A stretch of 64,000 bases of DNA from Salibaculum sp. (lineage in GTDB: Bacteria > Pseudomonadota > Alphaproteobacteria > Rhodobacterales > Rhodobacteraceae): the NCBI RefSeq assembly GCF_035270045.1, contig NZ_DATFIP010000031.1:11025-75024 (forward strand), given 5' to 3'. The translations under genes and the position numbers were made by a program. Shown in pieces: positions 20,501 through 31,367 of the stretch (position 1 is the first letter of the stretch; each line of letters opens with the position of its first letter). Under the pieces are notes generated by a model that was not told where the DNA came from, searched no databases, and saw only the letters and a program-made list of their open reading frames with translations.

Positions 20501-21406
20501 TCAGCCGCGTACGAAAACCCGGCTCGGGTGCAATTCCCCGGCCTTGAACACACCAACCGCAATCGCCTCTTGGCCATGAGCGGCCCAGCATTCGTCGCCG
20601 TAATCCACGTCGCCGATGACCATGGCTGGGTTGCCGTTGCGCAGGCGGGCGATGCTGGCTTCGGGGCAATGGACGCGGGGCAGGTCATCGAGCCCGTCTT
20701 CGAGCGGCCGCAGGTAGTGGTCCAGCTCGGATGACTTCGCTTTTTCGTCAAGAAGGGAGATGGCAACCCCTTCTTCGGCGGTGAAGGGTCCTGACCAGGT
20801 CCGGCGCAGCTCGGTGACATGGCCCAGGCAGCCCAGCGCCTTGCCGAGGTCGCGCGCGATGGCGCGGACATAGCCGCCCTTGCCACAAGTCATTTCCAGC
20901 ACGGCGTGATCGGCATCGGGCCGGTCGATCAGAAGCAGTTCCTCGACCCAGAGCGGACGCGCCGAGATCTCGAAGTCCTCGCCGTCCCGCGCGCGCTTGT
21001 AGGCGCGCTGCCCGTCGATCTTGACGGCGGAGTAGGCGGGCGGGACCTGCATGATCTCGCCTACGAGGCAGCCCAGCGCCTGTTTGATCGCGTCGTCATC
21101 CGGGCGGGCATCACTGGTCGCGATCACCTCGCCCTCGGCGTCGTCGGTGTTCGTGGCCTGACCCAGCCGCACGGTGAAGGTATAGGCCTTGAGCGCATCG
21201 GTGACATAGGGAACCGTTTTCGTCGCCTCGCCCAGGGCCACGGCCAGGACGCCGGTCGCCGCAGGGTCCAGCGTGCCCGCGTGCCCGGCCTTCTTCGCGC
21301 CAAAGGCCCAGCGCACCTTGTTGACCACCGACGTCGAGGTGATCCCGGCGGGTTTGTCGACCACCAGCCAGCCGGAAATGTCGCGGCCCTTGCGTTTGCG
21401 CCCCAT
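20501..21406 (-). CDS. truB: tRNA pseudouridine(55) synthase
   Basis: [25 protein letters not shown] and [15 protein letters not shown]. Confidence 0.98.
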   Translation of the reverse strand: MGRKRKGRDISGWLVVDKPAGITSTSVVNKVRWAFGAKKAGHAGTLDPAATGVLAVALGEATKTVPYVTDALKAYTFTVRLGQATNTDDAEGEVIATSDARPDDDAIKQALGCLVGEIMQVPPAYSAVKIDGQRAYKRARDGEDFEISARPLWVEELLLIDRPDADHAVLEMTCGKGGYVRAIARDLGKALGCLGHVTELRRTWSGPFTAEEGVAISLLDEKAKSSELDHYLRPLEDGLDDLPRVHCPEASIARLRNGNPAMVIGDVDYGDECWAAHGQEAIAVGVFKAGELHPSRVFVRG

Positions 21407-21439
21407 GGCAAGTCTCCGATCCAGTCGAGAGCGCGTGGG

Positions 21440-22183
21440 TTAGTCCGCGCCGCCGTCGCCGTCAACCGGAGCGAGGACGCCGACGATGGGTCCGAGCGTC
21501 CAGCCGAAATCGCTGCGCCCCAACTGCGGGGCGTGCAGGCGGCTCACCTTGCCGTCGAAATAGAGGGCATCCGCGAGCCCCAGCCGGTCGCGGAAGAGCG
21601 TTGCGAAGTCGTGGAAATTGACCGGTGCCTCGGAGATGGCAAAGACCGCGCGGTCGCCGCTGGCGCTGGTACCGACGCCGTTGCGGATGTAGCGCGACGT
21701 GCCGCCGGGGATCAGGCGCGGATGCAGCACGCCGTCCAGCACCAGCATTGGCCCCGACTGGGTGGCGTGGCGGCAGCCGGGGCGGTCCGCAAGGTAAGCG
21801 CGGGTCTCGATCACGCGGGCGCTGTCGTCCGTGATGCAGAAGATGCCATTGGGCAGCAGGCCGAAGTTGCCCGGACCATCGCTGGCGATCACGTGCATTT
21901 CCTCGCGGTCGTTCTCGATGTAGTGGCCGACCGGGCTGCGATCCTCGTGATACATGCCAGCGTTCATCGCAAAGGCAAGCGGGCGGTCTGCGTGCTGTTC
22001 GACAGCGGAAAAACTTCCCAGGATATCACCCGCGTCATCGCGCAGGAACAGGCGCAAGCCCTCGCGGTCGGGGTCCACCTCGCAGATGGTGAAGGCCTGG
22101 TCCAGGTGAGTGATCCCGGTGCAGTCCACCGCCCCGGCGGGGGCCGCCCAGAGCACCAGCAGCGCCAGAAACCCGCGCATCAA
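21440..22183 (-). CDS. Phosphodiester glycosidase family protein (YigE/DUF2233-like), secreted
   Basis: Signal peptide, FAMNAGMY, GNFGLLPNGIF, ATQSGPML, RNGVG and ALYFDG. Confidence 0.82.
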   Translation of the reverse strand: MMRGFLALLVLWAAPAGAVDCTGITHLDQAFTICEVDPDREGLRLFLRDDAGDILGSFSAVEQHADRPLAFAMNAGMYHEDRSPVGHYIENDREEMHVIASDGPGNFGLLPNGIFCITDDSARVIETRAYLADRPGCRHATQSGPMLVLDGVLHPRLIPGGTSRYIRNGVGTSASGDRAVFAISEAPVNFHDFATLFRDRLGLADALYFDGKVSRLHAPQLGRSDFGWTLGPIVGVLAPVDGDGGAD

Positions 22184-22575
22184 TCGTCGAGATCCTGCCG
22201 CACCTTCTCGTCGGCGAAGATCTCGCGGGTGCGGTCCATGCGTTCGAAGGTGTCATCCACGCGGAAACGCAGCTCGGGCACATGCTTGAGCTTTATCTGC
22301 TTGCCCAGGAAGTGGCGCAACTCGCCCTGGTGACGCGCCAGGCGCTGCACGGCCTCCTCTGCGCCATCGCCGCCGAGGGGCAGGACAAAGGCGGTGGCGA
22401 TACGCAGATCGGGGCTGACCCGGACCTCGCCCACGGTGATCGACATGCGCGACAGGTCGGGGTCATGCAACTCGCCCCGCATCAGCACGTCCGACAGGGT
22501 CCGGCGGATCAGTTCGCCGACGCGCAGCTGGCGCTGCGAGGGTCCGGAATTGCCTTGGAACTTGTTCTTTGCCAT
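22180..22575 (-). CDS. rbfA: Ribosome-binding factor A
   Basis: SQRQLRVGELIRR, VSPDLRIATAFV and HVPELRFRVD. Start ATG 22575. Confidence 0.96.
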   Translation of the reverse strand: MAKNKFQGNSGPSQRQLRVGELIRRTLSDVLMRGELHDPDLSRMSITVGEVRVSPDLRIATAFVLPLGGDGAEEAVQRLARHQGELRHFLGKQIKLKHVPELRFRVDDTFERMDRTREIFADEKVRQDLDD

Positions 22576-22657
22576 GCCGTCCATGTAAGGGGTCCGCGAC
22601 GGGATGCCAAGCGCAGCGGCTGCCGCCGGGCGCAAACATGACGGAAGGACAGCACAG

Positions 22658-23473
22658 ATGACTGACACACCGGGAATCGTGATCACTGGCGCGTCCGGCC
22701 GCATGGGCAGGATGCTGATCGAGACCGTCGTCTCTTCCGAAGTCTGCCAGTTGGTCGGCGCACTTGAACGGCCCGGCCACGACTGGATCGGCCAGGATAT
22801 AGGTGCCGCCATGGGTGGGCGGCCGCTGGGGGTGACGGTCAGCGACGACCCTGTCGCGGCCTTTGCCGTGGCCCAGGCGGTCATTGATTTTTCCGCGCCC
22901 GCCGCGACAGTGGAATTCGCCGAACTGGCGGCGCAGGCCCGTGCCGTGCACGTGATCGGTACCACGGGGCTGTCGGACGATGACCTGGACAAGTTGAAGA
23001 TCGCCGCGCGCCATGCGGTGATCGTCCGGGCGGGGAACATGTCGCTTGGCGTCAACCTGCTTGTCCAGTTGACCAAGCGCGTCGCGGCCGCCCTGGACGA
23101 GGATTTCGACATCGAGGTGATAGAGGCGCATCACAACCGCAAGGTGGACGCGCCCTCGGGCACCGCGTTGATGTTGGGTGAAGCCGCCGCCGAGGGACGT
23201 GGCCGCGATCTGTCCGAGGTTTCCGACCGGGGGCGCGACGGAATCACGGGGGCCCGCGAGCGGGGCGACATCGGGTTTTCGGCGATTCGCGGCGGCGACA
23301 TCGTGGGGGAACACGACGTGCTTTTCGCCGGTCCGGGCGAGCGGATCATCCTGCGCCATGTCGCCAGCGATAGGCGCCTCTTTGCCAAGGGCGCACTACG
23401 CGCCGCGCTCTGGGGGCAGGGCCAAAAGCCCGGCGAATTCGACATGATCGACGTGCTTGGCCTGACCGACTGA
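22658..23473 (+). CDS. dapB: 4-hydroxy-tetrahydrodipicolinate reductase
   Basis: [20 protein letters not shown] and [15 protein letters not shown]. Confidence 0.97.
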   Translation: MTDTPGIVITGASGRMGRMLIETVVSSEVCQLVGALERPGHDWIGQDIGAAMGGRPLGVTVSDDPVAAFAVAQAVIDFSAPAATVEFAELAAQARAVHVIGTTGLSDDDLDKLKIAARHAVIVRAGNMSLGVNLLVQLTKRVAAALDEDFDIEVIEAHHNRKVDAPSGTALMLGEAAAEGRGRDLSEVSDRGRDGITGARERGDIGFSAIRGGDIVGEHDVLFAGPGERIILRHVASDRRLFAKGALRAALWGQGQKPGEFDMIDVLGLTD

Positions 23474-23530
23474 TCCATCACGCTGCGCCCCGCGTATTCT
23501 GGCAGAGACATCAAATGCGGAGGTCTCGTC

Positions 23531-23887
23531 ATGCGTGGAATTTTCTTTGCTTTTATACTGTGCGTTTCCGGAGGCACCGTTGCGGCCTTCGAAAGGGTGG
23601 ATGACAAGGGCCGGTTTCTGGATCTTGTCGCCGACAAGGAATTGCGTCTTGGACTTTTCGGCGTCAGCCTGCATGTTGGCGAGGAAGGCACGATCTCCGG
23701 GTCGGCTGCAGGTTGGGACCTGACCGGCACGTGGGCGTGGCATGACGGCTACTTTTGTCGCGAGATCGACTGGTCAGGCACCGAGATTTCCTACAACTGC
23801 CAACTTGTGGAGCATCGCAACGGTGAGCGCATCCGCTTTACCGTCGATCAGGGCGCGGGGCGACAGGCCACCTTCAGCCTGCGATAG
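23531..23887 (+). CDS. Secreted hypothetical protein (conserved downstream of dapB in roseobacters)
   Basis: Signal peptide; GTWAWHDGYFCR...NCQLV with a Cys pair; SD GGAGG upstream. Confidence 0.7.
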   Translation: MRGIFFAFILCVSGGTVAAFERVDDKGRFLDLVADKELRLGLFGVSLHVGEEGTISGSAAGWDLTGTWAWHDGYFCREIDWSGTEISYNCQLVEHRNGERIRFTVDQGAGRQATFSLR

Positions 23888-23889
23888 GA

Positions 23890-24066
23890 TCAAAAGTCGT
23901 AGGCGATGCCTTTCTTTTCCCAGTCGCCGTAGCGGACGGGTTCAGGCCCGTCCCGGCCTCCAAGTTCGACTGGAAGATCCTCGGGTGCGGCGGCCTTTCG
24001 GCGCTCGGCGGCCTCGGCCAGGGCGCGTTTGGCGGCGTCGGGCAGGTCCTTCGGGGTCTCGCTCAT
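23890..24066 (-). CDS. DUF1674 small protein (SDHAF4-like)
   Basis: C-terminal ELGGRDGPEPVRYGDWEKKGIAYDF. Confidence 0.85.
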   Translation of the reverse strand: MSETPKDLPDAAKRALAEAAERRKAAAPEDLPVELGGRDGPEPVRYGDWEKKGIAYDF

Positions 24067-24133
24067 CTTCATGTCCTTGTAAGGCTGACGCGCCTGATAT
24101 AGGCCGCAGCAATCCGTCGGCCAAGGGGGCGCC

Positions 24134-25414
24134 ATGTCTCGGGACACGTCACAGCAAGGACTGGCGCCGCGCCGCGCGGCGCTGCATTTGCTCGACCAGG
24201 TGACGGGGGAACAGCGCCCGATGTCCGAGCTGCTGTCCGAGGGCGCGCTGGATCACCTGGATCCCGAGGGTCGCGCCCGCGCACAGCGCCTGGCCACCCA
24301 GACCCTGCGCGGCCTGCCGCGGGCCGATCGGATGTTGGCACGGTTCCTGCAAAAGACCCCACCGTTGCACGTGCGCAACATCTTGCGCCTGTCCACGATC
24401 GAGCTGGCCGGGGGCGAGGCCGCGCATGGCGTGGTCAACGCCGCCGTTGCGATGGTCGGAATGAACAAGCGCACCGCTGGCATGAAGGGGCTGGTCAATG
24501 CCGTCCTGCGCAAGGTGGCCGCCGACCTGCCAGGGGGCTGGGACAAGCTGGCGGTGCCACGCCTGCCGAAGTGGCTGCGCGAGCCGTTGAAAGCGGCCTA
24601 TGGGCCGCAGGTCGTGGCGGAAATCGAGCGGGCGCATTTCGCTGGGGCGCCGCTGGACCTGACCGCCAAGACCGATCCCCAGGCCGTGGCCGAGGCCGTT
24701 GGCGGCACGGTTCTGCCCACGGGCACCGTGCGGCTGGCCAAGGGCCGGCAGGTCTCTGGATTGCCGGGGTATGAGGCGGGCGATTGGTGGGTTCAGGATG
24801 CTGCCGCCGCGCTGCCCGCGCGCATGTTGGCCGCGCAGCCGGGCGAGCGGGTGCTGGACCTTTGCGCCGCGCCGGGCGGCAAGACCCTGCAGCTGGCCGC
24901 GACCGGCGCCGAGGTTACGGCGCTGGACATCTCCGATGGGCGCATGGGACGTGTGCGCCAGAACCTGAAACGCGCTGGTCTGAGCGCGGATCTGGTCGTC
25001 GCCGATGCCCTGACCTACGAGGCCGCGCCCTTTGACGCGATCCTGCTGGACGCGCCCTGTTCGGCGACGGGCACGATCCGCCGCCACCCTGACCTGCCCC
25101 ATGCACGGGACGGGTCGGATTTCCAGAAACTTTTTCAGCTTCAAGCGGCGCTGATCGACCGGGCGCTGGCCCTGCTCAAGCCCGGCGGACGGCTGGCCTT
25201 TTGCACCTGCAGCCTGTTGCCCGACGAGGGCGAGGTGCAGGTGGAAGCGGCGCTCGCGCGTCACCCGGAATTGCGCGTCGAGGCGGCCGATCCGCCGGGA
25301 ATGGACGCGACCTGGCACAGTGAGCCGGGCGGCCTTCGCCTGCGCCCCGATCACTGGGCGGATCGGGGCGGGATGGATGGCTTCTACATGGCCCTTCTGC
25401 GAAAGCCTGCGTGA
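24134..25414 (+). CDS. rsmB: RsmB/NOP (Sun) family RNA m5C methyltransferase with NusB-like N-terminus
   Basis: VNAVLR, WWVQD, DLCAAPGGKT, LLDAPCSATGT, FCTCSL and MDGFY. Confidence 0.93.
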   Translation: MSRDTSQQGLAPRRAALHLLDQVTGEQRPMSELLSEGALDHLDPEGRARAQRLATQTLRGLPRADRMLARFLQKTPPLHVRNILRLSTIELAGGEAAHGVVNAAVAMVGMNKRTAGMKGLVNAVLRKVAADLPGGWDKLAVPRLPKWLREPLKAAYGPQVVAEIERAHFAGAPLDLTAKTDPQAVAEAVGGTVLPTGTVRLAKGRQVSGLPGYEAGDWWVQDAAAALPARMLAAQPGERVLDLCAAPGGKTLQLAATGAEVTALDISDGRMGRVRQNLKRAGLSADLVVADALTYEAAPFDAILLDAPCSATGTIRRHPDLPHARDGSDFQKLFQLQAALIDRALALLKPGGRLAFCTCSLLPDEGEVQVEAALARHPELRVEAADPPGMDATWHSEPGGLRLRPDHWADRGGMDGFYMALLRKPA

Positions 25415-25488
25415 CTTGATCCGCACCAGCCTGTATAAGCCGGGGCAACAAGAGATGCGGAACGCACCCGGTTTTCGAGGCAGCAGGA

Positions 25489-27243
25489 TTGGCCAGCAGG
25501 ACCCCCAGACCCCGTTCGGGCCATGTCACGCGCATGGACAGGCTACACGCCCGTCTGGCCGCGCGGGCGCGGCCCGCAACGGGCTTCGTTTCCTCTCCCG
25601 AGCCCAAGGTGATCGGCCATTTCGCGCGCGGGCGACAGTTTCTGGCGGGCAATTTCCTGATTCATGGTGAACTGGTTGAGGCCAAGGGCCGCTCGATCTG
25701 GGAGGCCGCCGACCAGGTCGCGCATGGGCCGGAACTGGTGCAGGGGTTCACCTGGCTCGACGACCTGGCCGCCGTGGGCGACGCAAGGGCGCGGGCCACC
25801 GCGCAGGGCTGGCTCGCCGAATGGATCGAGCGCTTCGGCAAGGGCGCCGGTCCCGGCTGGACGCCTGACGTGGCCGGGCGGCGTCTTGTCCGATGGATCA
25901 CCCACGGGCTGTTCCTGCTGCGCGGACAGGACAAGGCGGCCGCAGACGCCTATTACCGATCCGCCGCGCGGCAGACGATATTCCTGTCGCGACGGTGGAG
26001 GGCCGCGCGCCCCGGTCTGCCGCGCTTCGAGGCGTTGGCCGGGTTGATCCACGCGGGGCTTTCGCTGCAGGGAATGGAGGCCCGTGTCGGCCCCGCGGTG
26101 GCGGCGCTGGCGCATGATTGCAAGGTGCAGATCGGACCCGACGGGAGTATCCCGTCGCGCAATCCCGAGGAATTGCTGCACATCCTGTCGCTGCTCACCT
26201 GGGTGAGATCGGCATTGGCAGGGGCCGACCGGGCCGCACCCGAAACCCTGTTGTCGGCCATTGCGCGGATCGCACCCACTCTGCGTGCGCTGCGCCATGC
26301 CGATGGTGGGCTGGCGCGGTTCCACGGCGGCGGCCGTGGGCTGGAGGGTTGGCTGGACCAGGCCCTTGTCGCCTCGGGCAACCGCGACCTGCCGGAGCGG
26401 CGCCTCTACATGGGCTATGGGCGACTTGCCGGTGGCCGGACGACCGTGGTGACGGACGCGGCCAGCCCGCCCGACGGGATGGCCTCGCTTGACGCCCATG
26501 CCGCGACGCTGGCCTTCGAGCTGACCTCGGGACGACGGCCGATCATCGTCAACTGCGGTTCGGGGCGCAGCTTCGGGCCCGAGTGGCGCCGGGCCGGGCG
26601 TGCCACGCCCTCTCATTCGACCCTCGTGCTCGAGGGCTATTCCTCGTCCCGGATCAGCCAGACCGCGCGCGATGGCATCGAGCCTCTGGATGACACCCCG
26701 GGCGATGTGCGCTCGGAATTCACAGGGCTGTCCGACGGTTTGCGGCTGGCAGCGGCACATGACGGCTATCGCCGCAGTCACGGTCTGACCCATGTGCGCA
26801 CCCTCGATCTTGACCATGGCGGTCGTGGTCTGGCGGGCGAGGACCTGCTTACGATCCTGGCGGACCGCGACCAGCCCGCCTTCGATGCTGCGCTGGACCG
26901 CAACAGCCTGCAGGGCATTCCCTGGCTGCTGCATTTCCACCTGCATCCCGAGGTAGAGGCCGAGATCGACCTGGGCGGGGCGGCGGTTTCGCTGACGCTG
27001 AAATCGGGCGAGATCTGGGTTTTTCGGCAAGACGGGGCCGAGACGCTGGATCTCAAGCCCTCGGTCTACCTGGAATACGGGCGGTTGCGTCCGCGCGTGA
27101 CACAACAGGTGGTTTTATCCGGGCGCGCAATGTCCTATTCGACGCGCGTGCGTTGGTCGCTGGCAAAGGCGCAGGACACGCCGCTGGCCGTGCGTGACCT
27201 TGAAGACCGCCTGCCAGGCACCTTTGCCGACGGAACTGACTAG
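25489..27243 (+). CDS. Heparinase II/III family protein
   Basis: LHGFTWL-like [38 protein letters not shown] and AHDGY. Sits in the conserved rsmB-hep-purH position. Confidence 0.88.
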   Translation: MASRTPRPRSGHVTRMDRLHARLAARARPATGFVSSPEPKVIGHFARGRQFLAGNFLIHGELVEAKGRSIWEAADQVAHGPELVQGFTWLDDLAAVGDARARATAQGWLAEWIERFGKGAGPGWTPDVAGRRLVRWITHGLFLLRGQDKAAADAYYRSAARQTIFLSRRWRAARPGLPRFEALAGLIHAGLSLQGMEARVGPAVAALAHDCKVQIGPDGSIPSRNPEELLHILSLLTWVRSALAGADRAAPETLLSAIARIAPTLRALRHADGGLARFHGGGRGLEGWLDQALVASGNRDLPERRLYMGYGRLAGGRTTVVTDAASPPDGMASLDAHAATLAFELTSGRRPIIVNCGSGRSFGPEWRRAGRATPSHSTLVLEGYSSSRISQTARDGIEPLDDTPGDVRSEFTGLSDGLRLAAAHDGYRRSHGLTHVRTLDLDHGGRGLAGEDLLTILADRDQPAFDAALDRNSLQGIPWLLHFHLHPEVEAEIDLGGAAVSLTLKSGEIWVFRQDGAETLDLKPSVYLEYGRLRPRVTQQVVLSGRAMSYSTRVRWSLAKAQDTPLAVRDLEDRLPGTFADGTD

Positions 27244-27266
27244 ACCTGCCCAGGGGGGCCTTTTCG

Positions 27267-28856
27267 ATGACCGACCTGCATCCAGTGCGCCGCGCGCTGC
27301 TTTCCGTTTCCGACAAGACCGGCCTGGTCGATCTGGGCCGCGCATTGGCAGGGCGCGGCGTGGAACTCCTGTCCACTGGCGGCTCGGCCCGGGCACTGCG
27401 CGAGGCCGGGCTCGCGGTGCGGGACGTCGCCGAGGTGACGGGCTTTCCGGAAATGATGGACGGCCGGGTCAAGACGCTGCACCCGATGGTGCATGGCGGG
27501 TTGCTGGCGTTGCGCGACGATGACGCCCACCTGACGGCAATGGACGAACACGGCATCGGCGGGATCGACCTGCTGGTGGTCAATCTCTACCCGTTCGAGG
27601 CGGCGCTGGCGCGCGGTGCCGGCCATGACGAGATGGTCGAGAACATCGACATCGGCGGCCCCGCCATGATCCGCGCGGCGGCAAAGAACCATGCCTTCGT
27701 CACCACAGTGGTGGATGTCGAGGACTACGACGCCCTGCTGGCCGAACTGGAGGCCAATGATGGCCGGACCTCCTATGCCTTTCGTCAGCGTTTCGCCCAG
27801 GCCGCCTATGCCCGCACGGCCGCCTATGATGCGGCGGTCAGCACCTGGATGGCGGACGCGATCGGGCAGGACACGCCGCGCCGCCGTGCCTTTGCCGGTG
27901 AACTGGCCCAGACCATGCGCTATGGCGAGAACCCGCATCAGAGCGCCGCGTTCTACACCGACGGCTCAGGCCGCCCCGGGGTGGCCACGGCGGTGCAACA
28001 CCAGGGCAAGGCCCTGTCCTACAACAACATCAACGACACCGACGCCGCGTTCGAACTGGTGGCGGAATTCGCCCCCGGTGACGGACCCGTCTGTGCCATA
28101 ATCAAGCATGCCAATCCCTGCGGCGTGGCGCGCGGCGCGACCCTGTCCGAGGCGTACCGGAAGGCCTTTGATTGCGACCGGACCAGTGCCTTTGGCGGGA
28201 TAGTGGCGCTGAACATGGATCTGGACGAGCAGACCGCGAAGGCGATCACCGGCATCTTTACAGAGGTTGTAATCGCCCCCGGTGCGACCGAGGCCGCCCG
28301 GGCCGTTTTCGCCGCCAAGACAAACCTGCGCCTGCTGACGACCGGTGGCCTGCCCGATCCCAAATCGGGGAGTTTGGCCTTCAGGCAGGTCGCGGGCGGC
28401 CTGTTGGTGCAGGACCGCGACAACGGCCATCTGCCCGAGGGCGACCTGAAGACCGCGACAAGGCGCGCGCCCACCAATAGCGAGTTGACGGACCTGCGCT
28501 TTGCCTGGACGGTCGCCAAGCACGTCAAGTCCAACGCCATCGTCTACGCCAAGGATGGCGCCACCGTGGGGATCGGTGCGGGCCAGATGAGCCGCCTTGA
28601 CAGCGCACTGATCGCGGCGAAGAAGGCTGAGCGCATGGCCGAGGCACTGGGTCTGCCGGAGCCGCTCACAAAAGGATCGGCCGTGGCCTCGGATGCCTTT
28701 TTTCCCTTTGCCGATGGATTGATGGAGGCCGTCGCCGCAGGCGCCACAACCGTGATCCAGCCCGGTGGGTCCATGCGTGATGACGAGGTCATCGCCGCTG
28801 CCGACGACGCCGGCCTCGCGATGGTCTTCACCGGCATGCGCCACTTCCGGCATTAG
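27267..28856 (+). CDS. purH: Bifunctional AICAR transformylase / IMP cyclohydrolase
   Basis: [38 protein letters not shown] and ASDAFFPF. Confidence 0.99.
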   Translation: MTDLHPVRRALLSVSDKTGLVDLGRALAGRGVELLSTGGSARALREAGLAVRDVAEVTGFPEMMDGRVKTLHPMVHGGLLALRDDDAHLTAMDEHGIGGIDLLVVNLYPFEAALARGAGHDEMVENIDIGGPAMIRAAAKNHAFVTTVVDVEDYDALLAELEANDGRTSYAFRQRFAQAAYARTAAYDAAVSTWMADAIGQDTPRRRAFAGELAQTMRYGENPHQSAAFYTDGSGRPGVATAVQHQGKALSYNNINDTDAAFELVAEFAPGDGPVCAIIKHANPCGVARGATLSEAYRKAFDCDRTSAFGGIVALNMDLDEQTAKAITGIFTEVVIAPGATEAARAVFAAKTNLRLLTTGGLPDPKSGSLAFRQVAGGLLVQDRDNGHLPEGDLKTATRRAPTNSELTDLRFAWTVAKHVKSNAIVYAKDGATVGIGAGQMSRLDSALIAAKKAERMAEALGLPEPLTKGSAVASDAFFPFADGLMEAVAAGATTVIQPGGSMRDDEVIAAADDAGLAMVFTGMRHFRH

Positions 28857-28870
28857 GGCAGGGGACCGAT

Positions 28871-29374
28871 ATGCGCCTACTGGGTATCACCGCCGTGCTG
28901 ACCTTCCTGGTCGACCAGGCCATCAAGGCGCTGGTCCTGTTCGGCATCTTCGGACTGGGTTGGGGGCAGGTCACCGGCGACACGGCCCGGCTGCCCTATC
29001 CGCCCCGGGTCGAGGTGGCTGACCCTTACCTTGTGCTGACCATGGCCTGGAACCGGGGCATCAACTTCGGCCTTTTTGGCGGGCTGGACCTGCGCTGGGT
29101 GCTGGTGGGGATCGCCCTGGCGGTGTCGCTTTTCGTGGTGTGGTGGGTGAATCGGGAAAAACCCGGGCGCCGGGCCATGATCGGTGCGGGGCTTCTTGTG
29201 GGCGGCGCGATCGGTAACGCGCTGGACCGGGTGCTTTATGGCGCGGTGGCGGATTTTCTGAACATGTCCTGTTGCGGGATCAGCAATCCCTACGCCTTCA
29301 ATGTGGCCGATATCGCGATCTTTGCCGGGGCCGTCGGGCTGGTGCTTTTCGGACCTGACAACAAGAGCGCGTGA
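28871..29374 (+). CDS. lspA: Lipoprotein signal peptidase II
   Basis: DQAIK, WNRGINFG, GGAIGNALDR, AVADF and FNVAD. Confidence 0.95.
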   Translation: MRLLGITAVLTFLVDQAIKALVLFGIFGLGWGQVTGDTARLPYPPRVEVADPYLVLTMAWNRGINFGLFGGLDLRWVLVGIALAVSLFVVWWVNREKPGRRAMIGAGLLVGGAIGNALDRVLYGAVADFLNMSCCGISNPYAFNVADIAIFAGAVGLVLFGPDNKSA

Positions 29375-29432
29375 CGCGGGCAGCGGGCTGCGTTACAACA
29401 TCCCGGCAAAGGGTGATTAGGGAACGACAACG

Positions 29433-29939
29433 ATGGCTAGGACGATCATTGCCATTCTGGCGCTGACAGCCTTGGCCGCCTGTGGCGGCGGCGGGGGTCT
29501 GCGCAACCTTGATGCGGGCGGCGACGGGCCGGATGAATTCGCCATTAATCCCTCCGCCCCACTGGAGATTCCCGAGAACCTGTCGAGACTGCCCGCACCC
29601 ACGACCGGGGTGGCTAACCGCACCGATCCCGATCCTGCGGCCGATGCGGTGATCGCGCTGGGCGGCAACCCGGGCGCGACTATGGTCGGCGGCATCCCTG
29701 CGGGTGATTCCGCACTCGTGACCTATGCCACGCGTAACGGCGTTGACCCGGATATCCGCGCCACGCTGGCCGCCGAGGACCAGGGTTTCCGCGACCGCCG
29801 TAGCCGGTTCGGGGGGCTTTTTGCGCGCGGCGACCGGTATTTCCAAGCCTATTCGGGCCAGGCGCTCGACGCCCATGCCGCGCTTGCGCGCTTCCGTAAC
29901 GCGGGTGTCGCCGTGCCCAGCGCTCCGCCTGCGCCATAA
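29433..29939 (+). CDS. DUF3035 family lipoprotein
   Basis: Lipobox LAAC; GPDEFAI...PLEIP; NRTDPDP. Confidence 0.82.
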   Translation: MARTIIAILALTALAACGGGGGLRNLDAGGDGPDEFAINPSAPLEIPENLSRLPAPTTGVANRTDPDPAADAVIALGGNPGATMVGGIPAGDSALVTYATRNGVDPDIRATLAAEDQGFRDRRSRFGGLFARGDRYFQAYSGQALDAHAALARFRNAGVAVPSAPPAP

Positions 29940-30035
29940 CGGCCCGTCTCGGTGCCCTCACATCCACGTATGTCCTCTTGAACAGCCCCGCGGGCGACGT
30001 AGCTTATCGGTACGATCAATCCCTTCGGAGGCTAC

Positions 30036-31367
30036 ATGCGTTTTCTGGCAGCACTCGCGATGGCCCTTGGCCTGACCACCGCCCTGCGTGCGGACGAGGT
30101 CACGACCACGACGCTCGACAACGGCCTGGAGGTCGTGGTGATCGAGGATCACCGTGCCCCTGCTGCCGTGCACATGCTCTGGTACCGGGCCGGGTCGGCG
30201 GATGAGCCGCCTTCATCCTCGGGCGTGGCGCATTTCCTCGAGCATTTGCTGTTCAAGGGAACGGAGACGATTGATGCTGGCGAGTTCAGTGACATTGTCG
30301 CTGCCCAGGGCGGGAGCGACAACGCCTTTACCAGCTATGACTACACGGCCTACTTCCAGCGCGTCGCCGCCGACCGCCTGCCCCTGATGATGCGGATGGA
30401 GGCGGACCGGATGAACAACCTGCGTCTGACCGAAGAGGATATCGCGACCGAGCGCGGCGTGATCCTGGAAGAACGTAACCAGCGGGTAGAGAATTCGCCT
30501 GGTGCGCTGGCCCGCGAACAGATGCGCGCGGCGCAATACCTCAACCATCGCTACGGCGTGCCCATCATCGGCTGGAAGCACGAGATGGAACAGTTGGGCA
30601 TGGAGGACGCGTTGGATTTCTACGACCTTTACTATTCGCCCAACAATGCCGTGCTCGTCGTGGCCGGCGACGTCCATCCCGACGAGGTCATCGCGCTTGC
30701 GCGGGAAACCTACGGCCCGATTCCGCGGGAACCCGACCTGCCGGAGCGTGTCCGTCCTCAGGAACCTCCGCAGACTGCCGAGCGCCGGCTGGTCTACGAG
30801 GACCCCCGGGTTTCACAACCCTATCTGACCCGAAGCTACATCGCCCCCGAACGCGACAGCGGGGCACAGGAAAAGGCCGCGGCGCTGACCTACCTGGCCG
30901 AGCTTCTGGGCGGATCGCCATTCACCTCGGCGCTGGGCGTGGCCCTGCAGTTCGACAGCCAGACAGCTGTTTATACCTCGGCCTACTACAACGGTCGGTC
31001 GCTGGATGACACGACCTTCGGGCTGACCGTTGTTCCCGAGCAGGGCGTGACCCTGCAAAAGGCCGAGGACGCCATGGACGCTGCCATAGCCGATTTCCTG
31101 GAAACCGGTATCGAGGCCGACCGAATGGAGCGCCTGCATACCCAGTTGCGTGCCAGCGAGGTCTACGCTCGGGATGACGTGCAGGGACTGGCCCGCCGCT
31201 ATGGCGCGGCGCTGACCCAGGGTCTGACGGTCGGGGATGTGCAAGCCTGGCCCGAAACCCTGCAATCGGTCACCGAGGAAGACATCCTGACGGTGGCCCG
31301 CGAGGTGCTTGACCGCGATCGCTCCGTCACGGCCTGGGTCGTTCCCAGCCGGGAGGTGCTGCAATGA
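30036..31367 (+). CDS. M16 family zinc peptidase (active subunit)
   Basis: HFLEH inverted zinc motif, NAFTSYDYT and ERGVILEE. Confidence 0.95.
   Translation: MRFLAALAMALGLTTALRADEVTTTTLDNGLEVVVIEDHRAPAAVHMLWYRAGSADEPPSSSGVAHFLEHLLFKGTETIDAGEFSDIVAAQGGSDNAFTSYDYTAYFQRVAADRLPLMMRMEADRMNNLRLTEEDIATERGVILEERNQRVENSPGALAREQMRAAQYLNHRYGVPIIGWKHEMEQLGMEDALDFYDLYYSPNNAVLVVAGDVHPDEVIALARETYGPIPREPDLPERVRPQEPPQTAERRLVYEDPRVSQPYLTRSYIAPERDSGAQEKAAALTYLAELLGGSPFTSALGVALQFDSQTAVYTSAYYNGRSLDDTTFGLTVVPEQGVTLQKAEDAMDAAIADFLETGIEADRMERLHTQLRASEVYARDDVQGLARRYGAALTQGLTVGDVQAWPETLQSVTEEDILTVAREVLDRDRSVTAWVVPSREVLQ

Noticed and set aside
25489-27243. Heparinase II/III-like gene as a novel polysaccharide-lyase system
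   Set aside because: The rsmB-heparinase-purH order is a widespread alphaproteobacterial arrangement.
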